The notes below the pieces were generated by a model that was not told the DNA's origin, ran no database searches, and worked only from the letters and a program-made list of their open reading frames with translations. From the NCBI GenBank assembly GCA_965209035.1, contig OZ242372.1:1600001-1664000 (forward strand): a stretch of DNA of 64,000 bases, in the 5' to 3' direction. This DNA comes from Gammaproteobacteria bacterium. GTDB lineage: Bacteria; Pseudomonadota; Gammaproteobacteria; CBDBNL01; JAAOII01. Positions 39,390-50,049 of this stretch are shown piece after piece (positions within the stretch are counted from its first letter, which is position 1; the number at the start of each line of letters is the position of its first letter). A program made the position numbers and the translations under genes.

Positions 39390-40637
39390 TTAAGAGTGGG
39401 CGGGTAACTGCTTCGGCAGTCGCTTAAAACCGCGCCGGGCGATCCGCGGCAAGCCGTTGTGATAGGTGGGATAGGCTTCCCCTTGGATAAGCGGCAGTAT
39501 ATGCTCCCTGGCGGCTTCGCTAATAGTGTACCTGTCTTTGTTGATATAATCAGCCGGCAGGAAGCGTTCCGAATTCGCCACAAGATCAAGCGAAACGGCA
39601 TCCGTTTTCCATTTGTAAGGAAACGAAGACTGCCGAACGATCACCGGCATGATACTGCGTTTCCCGCTCACCGCATATTCCACCGCAGCCTTGCCGACCG
39701 CATAGGCATGGTCATAGTCCACTTGCGAACTCAGATGGCGTGCCGAGCGTTGCAGATAATCCGACACCACACAATGATACTTGTAATTCAGGAGTTGCTT
39801 GATAAGAACCGCCAAGATGCTCGAGGCGCCGCCGAGTTCCGTGCCGCCAAACTTGCCCTTGCCCGCACTCAGGTATTCGCCGTCTGTTCCGCGCGCACCT
39901 TCCGCCACGATGATAACGCAATAACCGATGTGTTGCACACAATGTTTGATCTTATCCATCAGTTCCAACTTATTCAAAGGGATTTCCGGAAAGATGATCA
40001 AATGCGGCGGCGCCTTACTATGTTGGCGTGCCAGACCGGCCGCGGCCGCAATCCAACCGGCGTGTCGTCCCATCACTTCTATCAGTAAAACCTTGGTGGA
40101 TGTCGTATACATCGCGGCAACATCCTGCCCCGATTCCAAAGCGGACACGGCCGTGAACTTGGCAACCGAGCCATAGCCCGGGCAGTTGTCGGTGTGATCC
40201 AGATCATTGTCTATGGTTTTGGGAATGCCTATGCAGGATACGGGGAAATTGTTTTCGGTGCAATAGTCGGAGAGTTTGTTGGCAGCATCCATCGAACCGC
40301 CGCCGCCGTTATACAAAAAATATCCAATCTTGTGCGCCTTAAAAATTGCGAGCAGCCGCCTGTATTCCCGATCATCTTCCTGCGGCGGCGGCATTCTGTG
40401 TCTGCCGGAACCGAAGATCCCGCCGGGAGCCTGTTTCATATCGTCTATCTTGTCCTGTGGCTCGTCCGTGACATCATAAATGTCTTCGTTCAACAGTCCT
40501 CTGATGCCGTGTGCCGCCGCGTAGATTCTTCCGATTTTATCGGGGTGCAGTTTGGCGGTTTCTATGACACTCGCCGCCGAAACATTAATGACGGAGGACA
40601 CACCGCCGGACTGGACATAAATCAGATTTTTATTCAT
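39390..40637 (-). CDS. 6-phosphofructokinase (PfkA superfamily)
   Basis: Motifs QSGGVSSVIN, NGGGGS, IPKTIDND, EVMGRHAGW and YLQRSARH. Confidence 0.93.
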   Translation of the reverse strand: MNKNLIYVQSGGVSSVINVSAASVIETAKLHPDKIGRIYAAAHGIRGLLNEDIYDVTDEPQDKIDDMKQAPGGIFGSGRHRMPPPQEDDREYRRLLAIFKAHKIGYFLYNGGGGSMDAANKLSDYCTENNFPVSCIGIPKTIDNDLDHTDNCPGYGSVAKFTAVSALESGQDVAAMYTTSTKVLLIEVMGRHAGWIAAAAGLARQHSKAPPHLIIFPEIPLNKLELMDKIKHCVQHIGYCVIIVAEGARGTDGEYLSAGKGKFGGTELGGASSILAVLIKQLLNYKYHCVVSDYLQRSARHLSSQVDYDHAYAVGKAAVEYAVSGKRSIMPVIVRQSSFPYKWKTDAVSLDLVANSERFLPADYINKDRYTISEAAREHILPLIQGEAYPTYHNGLPRIARRGFKRLPKQLPAHS

Positions 40638-40754
40638 TTTTCAATTATTATAAGAAGCCCGAGTGCTGTTAATGGCACGACAGGGTCTGCCCGAACCCAT
40701 CCGGAGTCAATCTCGGGATCCAATCCGGGGCATCGGTTCCGGCAAGATGCCTCA

Positions 40755-40823
40755 ACAAGGCGCCCGACAAGGCACCGCGACAAGGTGCCTTGACAAGGCG
40801 CCGCGACAAGGCGTCTCGACAAG
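40755..40823. repeat. Imperfect 12-13 bp intergenic tandem repeat
   Basis: About 6 units with an ACAAG(G) core (GACAAGGCGCCGC-like). Confidence 0.75.
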
Positions 40824-40943
40824 AAGGTGATTCATTCAACTGCCGCAATTAACTGCCGTCAGGCCCCCCGATATTCCCGGCTGCCTGCAAGCCGCGTGCG
40901 TTTTTATGCGTTTTGATTGTTGCTTATCCTTTAAGTAAAGCTT

Positions 40944-42056
40944 CTAAGACTTTTGAAATTTTCGTACAAACGAGCGATCCAAGTGGTCCTTCCAATGCCA
41001 AACCATTTTGCCACACAGCACCCTGTTCCATTTTTGTGCCACGGCTCTCTTCTCACCCAAAGACAAGATCGTCAAAAAATCTTTTTGCGGGCAGTATGCT
41101 TTCAGATCCGGGCGACCTTCGGCGACTCTTCTTAGGTTTTCCGCCAGAAAGGGAGCCTCGCGAACCGCAAAGACACCGGCCTTGGCAACCGGTTGCGGAC
41201 TTAAGGATACCACGTCGCCGGCGCCGAAGATATTAGGATGCGAGACGGAACGCAGAAAGGGATCCACCCGCAAAAAGCCGTTGGCATCCAACTCCAATCC
41301 TTTGGTCTTTAGAAAAGCCGGCGGGATTCCGGGAGTGCTCCAAAAAACATAGCGGGCATCCGTTTCCTCGCCCCGGCTGTTCGTCAGCTTCCCGGGCGAA
41401 CGCCCGCAAACATCAAACCCTTCCATCAGATCTACCCCCGCGATCTTCAGACCTTCTCGCACCGGTGTGTGCGCCTTCGGCGCATATTCCGGCAAGAAGG
41501 AACGACAAACAAGTTTAAACGAAATATTTAACTGCCGCCGCAAACGCCAAGCCAAAGCGCATGCCACCTCCACCCCGCCGGCACCGCCGCCGACCACGGC
41601 AACCGTGAATAACAACTTGTCTTGTTCGCACAGTTCAAGGAATTTTTTTGTCAGGCGCGGCAAATCACCCGCAGGTTTGAGCGGAATATTGTGCTCATTT
41701 TTAGCAAGACCATCCGGCAGCCGACAGTGAATCCCCAGGTTCAGTGAAATGAAATCATAGGACCATTTCCCTTTGTCGGTTTGAACCGTGCGAGCATCCG
41801 GGTCAATTGCGCGCACCCTTTCCCGGCGGAAAACAACACCCGCCTTGCGACAGAGTTCCTTGGGTGAGATCGTCAACTCTTCGCGATCATAGTGACCGGC
41901 AAGCCAGCCCGGCAGCATCCCCGTATACAGTATTTCTTCGTTTTCCGAAATCAGAACCGTTTCATAGTCGGCACGAGGGGATCTTTTTTGCCAATCATGC
42001 AACAAGAGTGCGTGGCTGTGCCCGCCGCCGAGAAGAAGAATTCTTTTTTGTTTCAT
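40944..42056 (-). CDS. FAD-dependent pyridine nucleotide-disulfide oxidoreductase (resembles the SelD-fused domain)
   Basis: Motifs LLGGGHSH, YTGMLPG, VVGGGAGGVE, IFGAGD, KAGVFAVR and WKDHLDRSF. Confidence 0.88.
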   Translation of the reverse strand: MKQKRILLLGGGHSHALLLHDWQKRSPRADYETVLISENEEILYTGMLPGWLAGHYDREELTISPKELCRKAGVVFRRERVRAIDPDARTVQTDKGKWSYDFISLNLGIHCRLPDGLAKNEHNIPLKPAGDLPRLTKKFLELCEQDKLLFTVAVVGGGAGGVEVACALAWRLRRQLNISFKLVCRSFLPEYAPKAHTPVREGLKIAGVDLMEGFDVCGRSPGKLTNSRGEETDARYVFWSTPGIPPAFLKTKGLELDANGFLRVDPFLRSVSHPNIFGAGDVVSLSPQPVAKAGVFAVREAPFLAENLRRVAEGRPDLKAYCPQKDFLTILSLGEKRAVAQKWNRVLCGKMVWHWKDHLDRSFVRKFQKS

Positions 42057-42166
42057 TTTTTATGATTGGGGTGAATCGCTTAATACTCGAATGTTCTTGC
42101 TTTTTCTATGCTGTCTGTTTGGCGTCATTACACAGGTAATTTTATGGAAACTCTGCGGTGTCCCGT

Positions 42167-42221
42167 ATCTGATGACGTACAATGCCAAACTCAGAGCCCA
42201 AAACCTTTCTGATATTATGTA
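42167..42221 (+). repeat. Left arm of the hairpin repeat family
   Basis: 42174-42221 matches the reverse complement of 6686-6733 at 40/48, and the upstream ATCTGA is also shared. Confidence 0.85.
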
Positions 42222-42274
42222 CCATAAAATATATTGAAATAATCATAAACTTTTGTAATCATTAAAATTAAATC

Positions 42275-43387
42275 ATGCCAGGACCTCGACCTCAATGGAA
42301 GACAGTTCATGAGAGCACTCAACAAAAAATAGATGAAGCTTTTAAAGAACTAACTGATATAAAAGATGCTGCCCAAAAAGTATTAAATGATATTACCGAA
42401 AAACAAAATACTGCTCAAACTAGGGTAGACAATATTACCGAAAAACAAAATGCTGCACAAACCAAAATAGATAAGATTACCCAGAAGCAAGGCACCGCTC
42501 AAACAACATTGGACAATATGATTGAGAAACAAAATGCTGCTCAAACAACCCTGGATGATATTACCACAAAACAAAATGCTGCTCAAACAACCCTGAATGA
42601 TATTACCAAAAAACAAAATGCTGCCCAAACAACCCTGAATGATATTACCAAAAAACAAAATAATACCCAAACAATCTCAGATGACATTACAGGGAAACAA
42701 AGTACAGTGAATGAAGCATTCGGACAAATAGAACAAATATTAGGTAGATCAAAAGAAATAGAAGGGAATCAAAAACAACGATTTAAGGACATTGAAGATA
42801 AGATCTTGGATTTTTATGAAGGAGAGAAAAATGAAAAAGGAGAAAGAGAAAAAGGATACAAACAAAAAATAGAACAAGCCCATGATCGCATAGAAATAAT
42901 AGAAAGTGAAAAAAATAAAAAGGAATTATCCAGTGCTTTTGAGTCAGAGGCAAAAAAGTACGAAATAAAATACCGTTGGACTTTATCAGGAATGGCTATT
43001 TGTGCATTTATTATAGTAGGAGTAGGAGGATATGCTATTAAAAATAATATAACTTTTTCTTGGGAAGGATACCCTTTGCTCTTAACAATGATGGGGGTGA
43101 TCGGTTTTTTTCTGTTCCAACTCGGCAGGTCTTACACAGAGCAACATCAGTTATATATCAAGTATACACATAGAAGTTCTTTTGCCAAAGCCTATACAGC
43201 CTATATCCGAGAAGCCAGGGCTAATTCGGAATTACAACAACAATTACTTAAGGCACTTACAGAAACTATTCAGAAAGAACCCAACAGTGAGAAAATTTCC
43301 GGTAACTTGATAGAGAAAGTATTCAAAAAAGTAGAGAAAGTAACAGATAAAGTAATAGATAAATTAATAAATAAAGCAAAAGAATAA
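42275..43387 (+). CDS. Hypothetical coiled-coil protein with 14-aa repeats and 2 C-terminal TM helices
   Basis: 370-aa ORF with about 8 AQTTLNDITKKQNA units (42-bp repeat, ~42370-42700); co-oriented upstream of mod. Confidence 0.85.
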   Translation: MPGPRPQWKTVHESTQQKIDEAFKELTDIKDAAQKVLNDITEKQNTAQTRVDNITEKQNAAQTKIDKITQKQGTAQTTLDNMIEKQNAAQTTLDDITTKQNAAQTTLNDITKKQNAAQTTLNDITKKQNNTQTISDDITGKQSTVNEAFGQIEQILGRSKEIEGNQKQRFKDIEDKILDFYEGEKNEKGEREKGYKQKIEQAHDRIEIIESEKNKKELSSAFESEAKKYEIKYRWTLSGMAICAFIIVGVGGYAIKNNITFSWEGYPLLLTMMGVIGFFLFQLGRSYTEQHQLYIKYTHRSSFAKAYTAYIREARANSELQQQLLKALTETIQKEPNSEKISGNLIEKVFKKVEKVTDKVIDKLINKAKE

Positions 43388-43458
43388 AGGATCATTGAAC
43401 TCAGTTGGGTTATTCAAATGATCTACGGTATATTTAAATTTTATATAATCAAAGATAA

Positions 43459-45981
43459 ATGAAATACGAAGATAAATTTTTTGAAGCACTGGGGCGGTTA
43501 TTCGTCGGGAAAAAAGTGGAAGGGAAGTCCGGGTTTATCAACCTGATGCATATTAAACAAAGTTATTATGATGAGCATATTCAAACAAAGATCCGAGAAA
43601 AGATTAATGAGCGAATTCCTGACAATGGAACATCCGGCAATAAAGACGGGCAACGCGAAGAATTGTTTGACAAGTTGTATAACTTTTTCAGTCGTTACTT
43701 TTGCGAGAGTGGTTCTGTTTACTTTCGGTATTTGCAGGCCGGCGAAAGGATCTATGATCGCGTGTATGAAGAAGATCGGGATGTGGAGTTGGTTTGGAAA
43801 ACACGAGATCTTTATTATGTTAAATCCGATTTTCTAATCCGGAATATTCGGATAACAGATCCCGATAACAAATGGACACACTATCATTTTGATGCCACCG
43901 AATTTGAAAACAAACAAAATAATGAACGGCGTGACTTTGTGTTTGAATATCAAAAGACCGAAAAAGAAAAGAACGACGAGATCTGCCACTATTTGTCAGT
44001 ATCTTATAAACACGGAAACAAGTCAACCAACATTAAAAATATCATAAGATCCCTAAAAGAAGCGGGGACAGAGATACAAGAAGAACAATTACAACTCATC
44101 TTTAACACCTTCAAACGCCAAACAGAAGCGGACTATTTTATCCATAAGAATGCCCGTAAATTTTTACGGGAACAATTTGATTTGTATATGTATCAATATA
44201 TCTGGAATACCGGCAAAGAATTTAATGATGCGGAAAATGATTTCAGTCAAAAGCGATTGAAACAACTCAACACCATCCAACAAACCGCTTACGACATCAT
44301 TGATTTTATTTCTCAGTTTGAAGATGAATTGGTGCGTATCTGGCAAAAGCCCAAGTTTGTTCGTAATCTTAACTATGTCATCACCCTGGACAGAATACAG
44401 TCCGTCGATTTATTGGAAAAACTTTCCAAGCACCCGGGAATGCAAGAACAGATCACCGAATGGCAACAGTTGGGTTTGACAGATGAGAATTTCTCTTTTC
44501 AACCGCCCGCAACAGATCAAAAGAGAAAGAGTAAGCAAGTACATCTTCCGCTGGATACAAAATACTTCAAGGATCTGGAATTGGAACTTCTAAACCAACT
44601 GGGTAATCTGACCGAAGCCCTGGACGGGGAACTGGTGCATAGTGAAAATTATCAGGCACTTAACACACTCAAACAAAAATACAAGGAACGCATTCAATGT
44701 ATTTATATTGATCCGCCGTTTAACTTGGATGGGAGCGATCAGTTTGACTATCGCACCAACTATAAAGATGCCTGTTGGGCGACTATGTTGGAAAATCGGC
44801 TGGAACTGGCACGCGACTTCTTAAGTGATACGGGTTGTATTTTTGTCCGTTGTGACTATAACGGGAATTGGATTGTGCGAAGTGTTATAAAACAAATATT
44901 CGATGTATTTCTAAATGAGATTATTGTTAATAGAACACAAGAATTTTTTAAATCTCCCACTCCTAAACAAAAAAAGTTAATGAACGACATAGATAGTCTT
45001 TTATTGGCAGGGAAAAGTTCTAAAGCACGCATTAATCGTATTCAAGTAGAACGAAGTGATGATATCTGGTATGAACCTTTTCTCCCTAATCGCAATAAAG
45101 ACAATAATAAAGAATATAGGATCATTGAGGGCAAAAAAATGTGGAATCCTAATAATAGGCTTTGGGGATTGTCACAAAAAGAGGTAGACGAAGCTTATGC
45201 CGAAAAAAGAATTAAGGTAAAAAATGAAAAAATAAAATATAAACCGAAATATAAAAATATTAAAAACAATTGGACTGATATTAAAGGTTATGAAAGACAT
45301 TGGGGATTTCCTACGGAAAATGCTGAGGTTTTACTAAAACGCGTTATTCAATCTACTGAAACTGTGCAAGAAAAAATATTTTTTGATTTTTTTGCAGGTT
45401 GCGGAACCACACCAGCCGTTGCACAAAAATTGAATCGCAAATGGCTTGGGGTGGAAATGGGCAATCATTTCTATACTTTTTACCGGGATAAAGCGGGAGA
45501 AGAAAAAGTCGGTGCCGTCGGCCGAATGAAAAAGGTACTTGGCGGCTATCAGAGTAGCATCAGTAAAGAAAAGGATGTGGATTATCAGGGTGGCGGTGCC
45601 TTTAAGTATTATGCATTGGAACAGTATGAAGACACGCTGCGCAAAATGCACTACAAAGACAGCAGCCCGATTTATAACAATGCCAAACTGAGTGATTTTC
45701 AACAGTATGTTTTTTTGGCAGACGCGAAGTTCACTTTTCCCGTGGCGGCTGATCGCAAGCCAAACCGACTCAGTATCAATCTATACGACATCTATGCAGA
45801 CCTGGACATTGGCGAATCCCTGGCAAATATTCTTGGCAAACAAATTAAGGAACGCACTGCCGATACTGTCATTTTTGCGGACGGCGAGAAAAGAAAAATT
45901 AATCCGGCCGTCATGACCGAAGAAGAAAAAGTGGATTTCTTAACCGCCATGCGTCCCTATCTTTGGTGGGGAGAGGCATAA
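43459..45981 (+). CDS. Type III restriction-modification methyltransferase (Mod)
   Basis: IYIDPPFN precedes DFFAGCGTT (beta order); ENYQALN motif; AT-rich central recognition region; adjacent to res. Confidence 0.92.
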   Translation: MKYEDKFFEALGRLFVGKKVEGKSGFINLMHIKQSYYDEHIQTKIREKINERIPDNGTSGNKDGQREELFDKLYNFFSRYFCESGSVYFRYLQAGERIYDRVYEEDRDVELVWKTRDLYYVKSDFLIRNIRITDPDNKWTHYHFDATEFENKQNNERRDFVFEYQKTEKEKNDEICHYLSVSYKHGNKSTNIKNIIRSLKEAGTEIQEEQLQLIFNTFKRQTEADYFIHKNARKFLREQFDLYMYQYIWNTGKEFNDAENDFSQKRLKQLNTIQQTAYDIIDFISQFEDELVRIWQKPKFVRNLNYVITLDRIQSVDLLEKLSKHPGMQEQITEWQQLGLTDENFSFQPPATDQKRKSKQVHLPLDTKYFKDLELELLNQLGNLTEALDGELVHSENYQALNTLKQKYKERIQCIYIDPPFNLDGSDQFDYRTNYKDACWATMLENRLELARDFLSDTGCIFVRCDYNGNWIVRSVIKQIFDVFLNEIIVNRTQEFFKSPTPKQKKLMNDIDSLLLAGKSSKARINRIQVERSDDIWYEPFLPNRNKDNNKEYRIIEGKKMWNPNNRLWGLSQKEVDEAYAEKRIKVKNEKIKYKPKYKNIKNNWTDIKGYERHWGFPTENAEVLLKRVIQSTETVQEKIFFDFFAGCGTTPAVAQKLNRKWLGVEMGNHFYTFYRDKAGEEKVGAVGRMKKVLGGYQSSISKEKDVDYQGGGAFKYYALEQYEDTLRKMHYKDSSPIYNNAKLSDFQQYVFLADAKFTFPVAADRKPNRLSINLYDIYADLDIGESLANILGKQIKERTADTVIFADGEKRKINPAVMTEEEKVDFLTAMRPYLWWGEA

Positions 45982-45982
45982 A

Positions 45983-48900
45983 GTGAATCAAACTTTATTG
46001 CAACAAATTCTATCAAGGAGGGGTTACGATGACATCCCGGCAGAATGGCAACCTGCAAACCTTAAATACTTTTCGCGCACCAAAACACTGCACGCGTATC
46101 AACAAGATGCCATTAGGCAGACGATCATCGGCTTGCATTCCTATTACGGTCAAGAAGACAGCACTTACCGACCGGGCGAACCGGCGGAATGCGAGGCAAA
46201 ACGTAAACAACACTTCTATGAGATGTATCGCAGTGAGTGTCAAAAATACGGCGAAGAATTTACCGACGCCTTTTCCAAACTAAATGTTACAAAATGCGGG
46301 GCGGGTAAAGATATTTTTAATATACTGGCACAACATTGCCCTGCGGAAGAAGGCACGATTTCGTACCAGCATCTTATTAACAGAATGTGCTTCTGGATGG
46401 CAACCGGCAGTGGCAAGACCCTGGTCCTCCTCAAGTTAATCGCACACCTGCATACTCTTAAGAAGCGGAAACTCATCCCCCCGCATCGGATCCTTTTGCT
46501 CGCACCGAGTGCAATTGTTCTGGCACAAATCAAGAAAACACAGAGGGAATTTAGCCTACACGGGGATACCAAAATAGAATTGGTTGAATTAACAAAACTG
46601 GGCAAAGAAGCATCTCTGCAATTTGGCAATGTCGAGACGGTCTATTACTGGCGAAGTGACAATATCAGAGAGGAGCAATCGGATGCAATCATAAATTATC
46701 GGCGTTATCTAAATGGTGGCAACTGGTATGTATTTTTGGACGAAGCCCACAAAGGAAAAAAAGGAGATTCCAAGCGGCAGGCCTATTACGCCCTGATGTC
46801 AAACAAAGGTTTTATGTTTAACTTTTCCGCCACCTTCACGGAATCTCAAGACATTATTACCACTGCGGTTGATTTTAATTTGAACCAATTTATACGTGCG
46901 GAATATGGGAAACACCTTTTGCTCGGCAAAGACAGTTTTCCCGCCACGGTAACCGAGCCGGTGGCGGGTGCTATCAACGCGCAAACAAAAGAAAAGGTAT
47001 TGTTGAAGTCTCTGATTACCTTGGCATTCGTTAAGTTGAACTATCTGCGCTTGAAAGAGAAAACGGGACAAGAAAAAATCTATCACATTCCTTTAATGAT
47101 GACGCTGGTGCATTCGGTCGGTACAGAAGTTGGCAAAAACGATCTCCTCAACTTTTTTACTTTACTAAGAAAATTTTGCCGAAGAGATATTAACCCAAAC
47201 AGGTTTAACCAAGTAAAAGAAGAACTGCTGCACGAATGGGAAACCGCGGAGTTTTTATTTGAGAAAAGTAAACCCCATTTTGGGAGAAATCGAGGAGCGC
47301 GCGAACTAATGCGGTCTATGACCATAAGCGATTTTCGTTCCGCCGTATTCCTGGCACCCGGCAAGGGCGAAATAGAAGTGCGTAATCCTCATAACGGGAA
47401 AGAAATTGCATTTCAATTAAGGACAGCCGACAGTCCTTTTGCGCTGATTCGCATCGGGGATATTACCAAATGGACCAATCAATTTCTTGTTGATATGGGT
47501 ATTCCGGAAGGAAAGACCTTAACCGTTTCTTATTTTGAGAATATGGAAGAATTTGAAGGAAGCATTCTCATGGGTTCGCGGGCATTTTTTGAAAGTTGGG
47601 ATTCCAACCGCCCGAATGTGATTAATTTCATTAATATTGCCAAGCAAGGAGCGAGAAAGTTTACCACCCAGGCAATCGGACGCGGCGTACGCATTGAACC
47701 GTTGAAGGGACATCGTTATCGTCTTGACCGATTTTCCAATAGCCAATCGGAGGCATCCTCTCTGATTCGCCATAAAGAATATACCGAACCTTTGGAAACT
47801 CTTTTTATTTATGCTACGGATACAAATGCTGTCCAAGGTATTCTGGAAGGAATACAAATAGAACAAAAAGCACAATTTTTGCCTCTTAGTCAGGACTTAG
47901 TCGCACAGATGAATACACCGAAATTGAAAGACGGTTCAATGATGCCTGTTCTTGTCCCTTACTACAAAAGACCGCGTATGGAACATCACCAAGATGGTCG
48001 GGCGGGTCGGGTGGATACGAATCATAAATTTGACATTAGCGAAGAATCTTTGAAGGCATACGAAACTTATATGAAGCAAGTTTCGGACGGTTTTCTTGCC
48101 ACAGTGCGCGGGATGACCGCGGAAAAAATTCACAGATTACGCTCCTATACGGAAGCCTCCGATGCAACATCCGGCCGTTTTCGCATAAAGGAAGAAAATT
48201 CTTACGAGTTCTTGCCGGTTTTGGAATTCGCCGTGCTTTCACACATCACTCTTCTGCCAAGACAAGTTAAAGAAATAAGCGACATTCAAACCAAAGAAGA
48301 TGCTGCCGAAGGCAATATCATTCATTTTCGCAAGATAGAAGTTTCTTTACCTCCCGCAGAGAAAAAAGAATTGGAAGAAAAAATGCGCAAGGCACGCAAG
48401 GGGAGATATCAAGATATGCGCGAATTATTGGGTAAATATAACAGAAACGAGATCAGTGAGGAAGAATATCTTGAACAAAGCGGGGACAGGCAAAATCTTG
48501 AAAATTACAATTTTCGAGACGAAATTAAGATACTGCCTAACCCCGATAGACGTTATGATTTCTTAAACAAGCATTATTATCTGCCAATTCTTATTAACAA
48601 AAAAGACAACAGATTAAGTTATATTCGTCACATTATTCAAGAAAAGAGCGAACACGAATTTATAGAAAAATTAAGCACTTGGCTGCTTGGGCGCGAACTT
48701 CAATGGGATGCTTGGATGTTTAGCAAATTGGATGAACACCTGGACAGTATTTACATACCTTATACTTCCGGCAACCAAGAACGCCAATTTCACCCCGATT
48801 TTATTTTTTGGATGTGTCGTAAAAATGAATGTCGTATCGTTTTCGTGGATCCTAAGGGAACCGAACACACACTGGGGGAGAGAAAAATAGACGGGTATAA

Positions 48901-49066
48901 AAAACTGTTCTTAAAACCCGAAACGAAAAATACCAAAAGATTTGCATATACGGGTGACAGAAAATGGTCAGTGGAAGTCAAACTCTTTATGTTCTCAGAA
49001 AGCGACGGAGCCACCAATGAATATAAAGAGTATTGGATAGATAACCCGGAACCGATTTTTGCCTGA
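45983..49066 (+). CDS. Type III restriction endonuclease (Res)
   Basis: Helicase motifs MATGSGKT, DEAH, FSAT and QAIGRGVR; C-terminal nuclease HPDF...FVDPKG. Confidence 0.92.
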   Translation: MNQTLLQQILSRRGYDDIPAEWQPANLKYFSRTKTLHAYQQDAIRQTIIGLHSYYGQEDSTYRPGEPAECEAKRKQHFYEMYRSECQKYGEEFTDAFSKLNVTKCGAGKDIFNILAQHCPAEEGTISYQHLINRMCFWMATGSGKTLVLLKLIAHLHTLKKRKLIPPHRILLLAPSAIVLAQIKKTQREFSLHGDTKIELVELTKLGKEASLQFGNVETVYYWRSDNIREEQSDAIINYRRYLNGGNWYVFLDEAHKGKKGDSKRQAYYALMSNKGFMFNFSATFTESQDIITTAVDFNLNQFIRAEYGKHLLLGKDSFPATVTEPVAGAINAQTKEKVLLKSLITLAFVKLNYLRLKEKTGQEKIYHIPLMMTLVHSVGTEVGKNDLLNFFTLLRKFCRRDINPNRFNQVKEELLHEWETAEFLFEKSKPHFGRNRGARELMRSMTISDFRSAVFLAPGKGEIEVRNPHNGKEIAFQLRTADSPFALIRIGDITKWTNQFLVDMGIPEGKTLTVSYFENMEEFEGSILMGSRAFFESWDSNRPNVINFINIAKQGARKFTTQAIGRGVRIEPLKGHRYRLDRFSNSQSEASSLIRHKEYTEPLETLFIYATDTNAVQGILEGIQIEQKAQFLPLSQDLVAQMNTPKLKDGSMMPVLVPYYKRPRMEHHQDGRAGRVDTNHKFDISEESLKAYETYMKQVSDGFLATVRGMTAEKIHRLRSYTEASDATSGRFRIKEENSYEFLPVLEFAVLSHITLLPRQVKEISDIQTKEDAAEGNIIHFRKIEVSLPPAEKKELEEKMRKARKGRYQDMRELLGKYNRNEISEEEYLEQSGDRQNLENYNFRDEIKILPNPDRRYDFLNKHYYLPILINKKDNRLSYIRHIIQEKSEHEFIEKLSTWLLGRELQWDAWMFSKLDEHLDSIYIPYTSGNQERQFHPDFIFWMCRKNECRIVFVDPKGTEHTLGERKIDGYKKLFLKPETKNTKRFAYTGDRKWSVEVKLFMFSESDGATNEYKEYWIDNPEPIFA

Positions 49067-49131
49067 CCCTTGTAAGTTCTTTAATTAAAGAGAACCTTAC
49101 AAAAACGCACACAATCCGCTCTAATTTCCCC

Positions 49132-49167
49132 GCCCGAGGTGCATCATCTCAAAAAGAGTTGCCTCTC
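49132..49167. repeat. Loop plus right arm of the hairpin repeat family (degenerate)
   Basis: GCCCG-AGGTGCATCATCTCAAAAAG versus GCCCGGAGATGCATGATCTCATAAAG at 6677 (about 22/26). Confidence 0.6.
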
Positions 49168-49285
49168 TTTTTCGGTTCCAATACTGTGTGCGACCATACA
49201 CAATACACCGGTTCGCTGCAAAAGAATTTCTGATTTTGTCAAAGATTAAGCAAGCGTCCGTCAGGTTCACGCTCTCTGCTTTAAG

Positions 49286-50029
49286 TTAGAGATTAATTGC
49301 CGGTAATGCGTCCCAAGTTTTCCCAAGCAATTTCCTTCCATTAAGATGCTTGGCGCGTTTTTTATTGTCCGCCCCCCAAGTGCCCCATTGCTTAAAAAAG
49401 AATGCTGTTTTTTGTTTTCGGCATTGCTTTTGGATGGCAATAGCCCACTCTTGCCGCATAGGGCGCGCCTTGTGTCCGCTTTCGCCGCCAACTATCACCC
49501 AGTGAATCTGACATAAATCTAACAAGCCCAAATCCTCCAGCAATGGTTCCACGGAAAGAAAGCGTACCGCACAGGGCACCTCGCGCAGATCATCTATCCT
49601 GGGTAAACCATGTCGTTTGTCTTCTACGGTGACTCCCAGCCACACATTGTTCGGCAGAGGTTTTTTACGCTTGGCAAAAAATTCTTTCATCCTCGCGGAT
49701 CTTTTAGTGAGCACCTGATACCTGTGGTGAAGTGTTTGCTCCATCACCCCGATAATGCGTTCTATGAAAGCATCCTTCACCTTGTTATGAAACAAGTCGC
49801 TCATAGAATTAACAAAATAAGTGGTTGGTTTTTTTCGGCGCAATGGGACATCCAGTTTATGTTCCAACATCTTCACTTCACGAAAACCATTGGCATAGTC
49901 CTTATGTCCCATCGCCTTAAGCCTTTCGGCCATCACCTCGGCATAGCAATATTTACAACCTGCGGATACTTTGGTGCAACCGATCACCGGATTCCAAGTT
50001 TCTTCAGTCCACTCTATCTTGCTGGTCAT
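49286..50029 (-). CDS. DUF5131 (phage Gp37/Gp68-like, radical-SAM-like) protein
   Basis: Motifs IEWTEETWNPVIGCTKVSAGCKYCYA, FVNSMSDLFH, SVEPLL, WVIVGGESG and FFFKQWG. Confidence 0.93.
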   Translation of the reverse strand: MTSKIEWTEETWNPVIGCTKVSAGCKYCYAEVMAERLKAMGHKDYANGFREVKMLEHKLDVPLRRKKPTTYFVNSMSDLFHNKVKDAFIERIIGVMEQTLHHRYQVLTKRSARMKEFFAKRKKPLPNNVWLGVTVEDKRHGLPRIDDLREVPCAVRFLSVEPLLEDLGLLDLCQIHWVIVGGESGHKARPMRQEWAIAIQKQCRKQKTAFFFKQWGTWGADNKKRAKHLNGRKLLGKTWDALPAINL

Positions 50030-50049
50030 TTATCCTTCGCTGATACTCT

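Noticed and set aside
49286-50029. Prophage inferred from the Gp37/Gp68-like gene
   Set aside because: No structural, terminase or integrase genes nearby.
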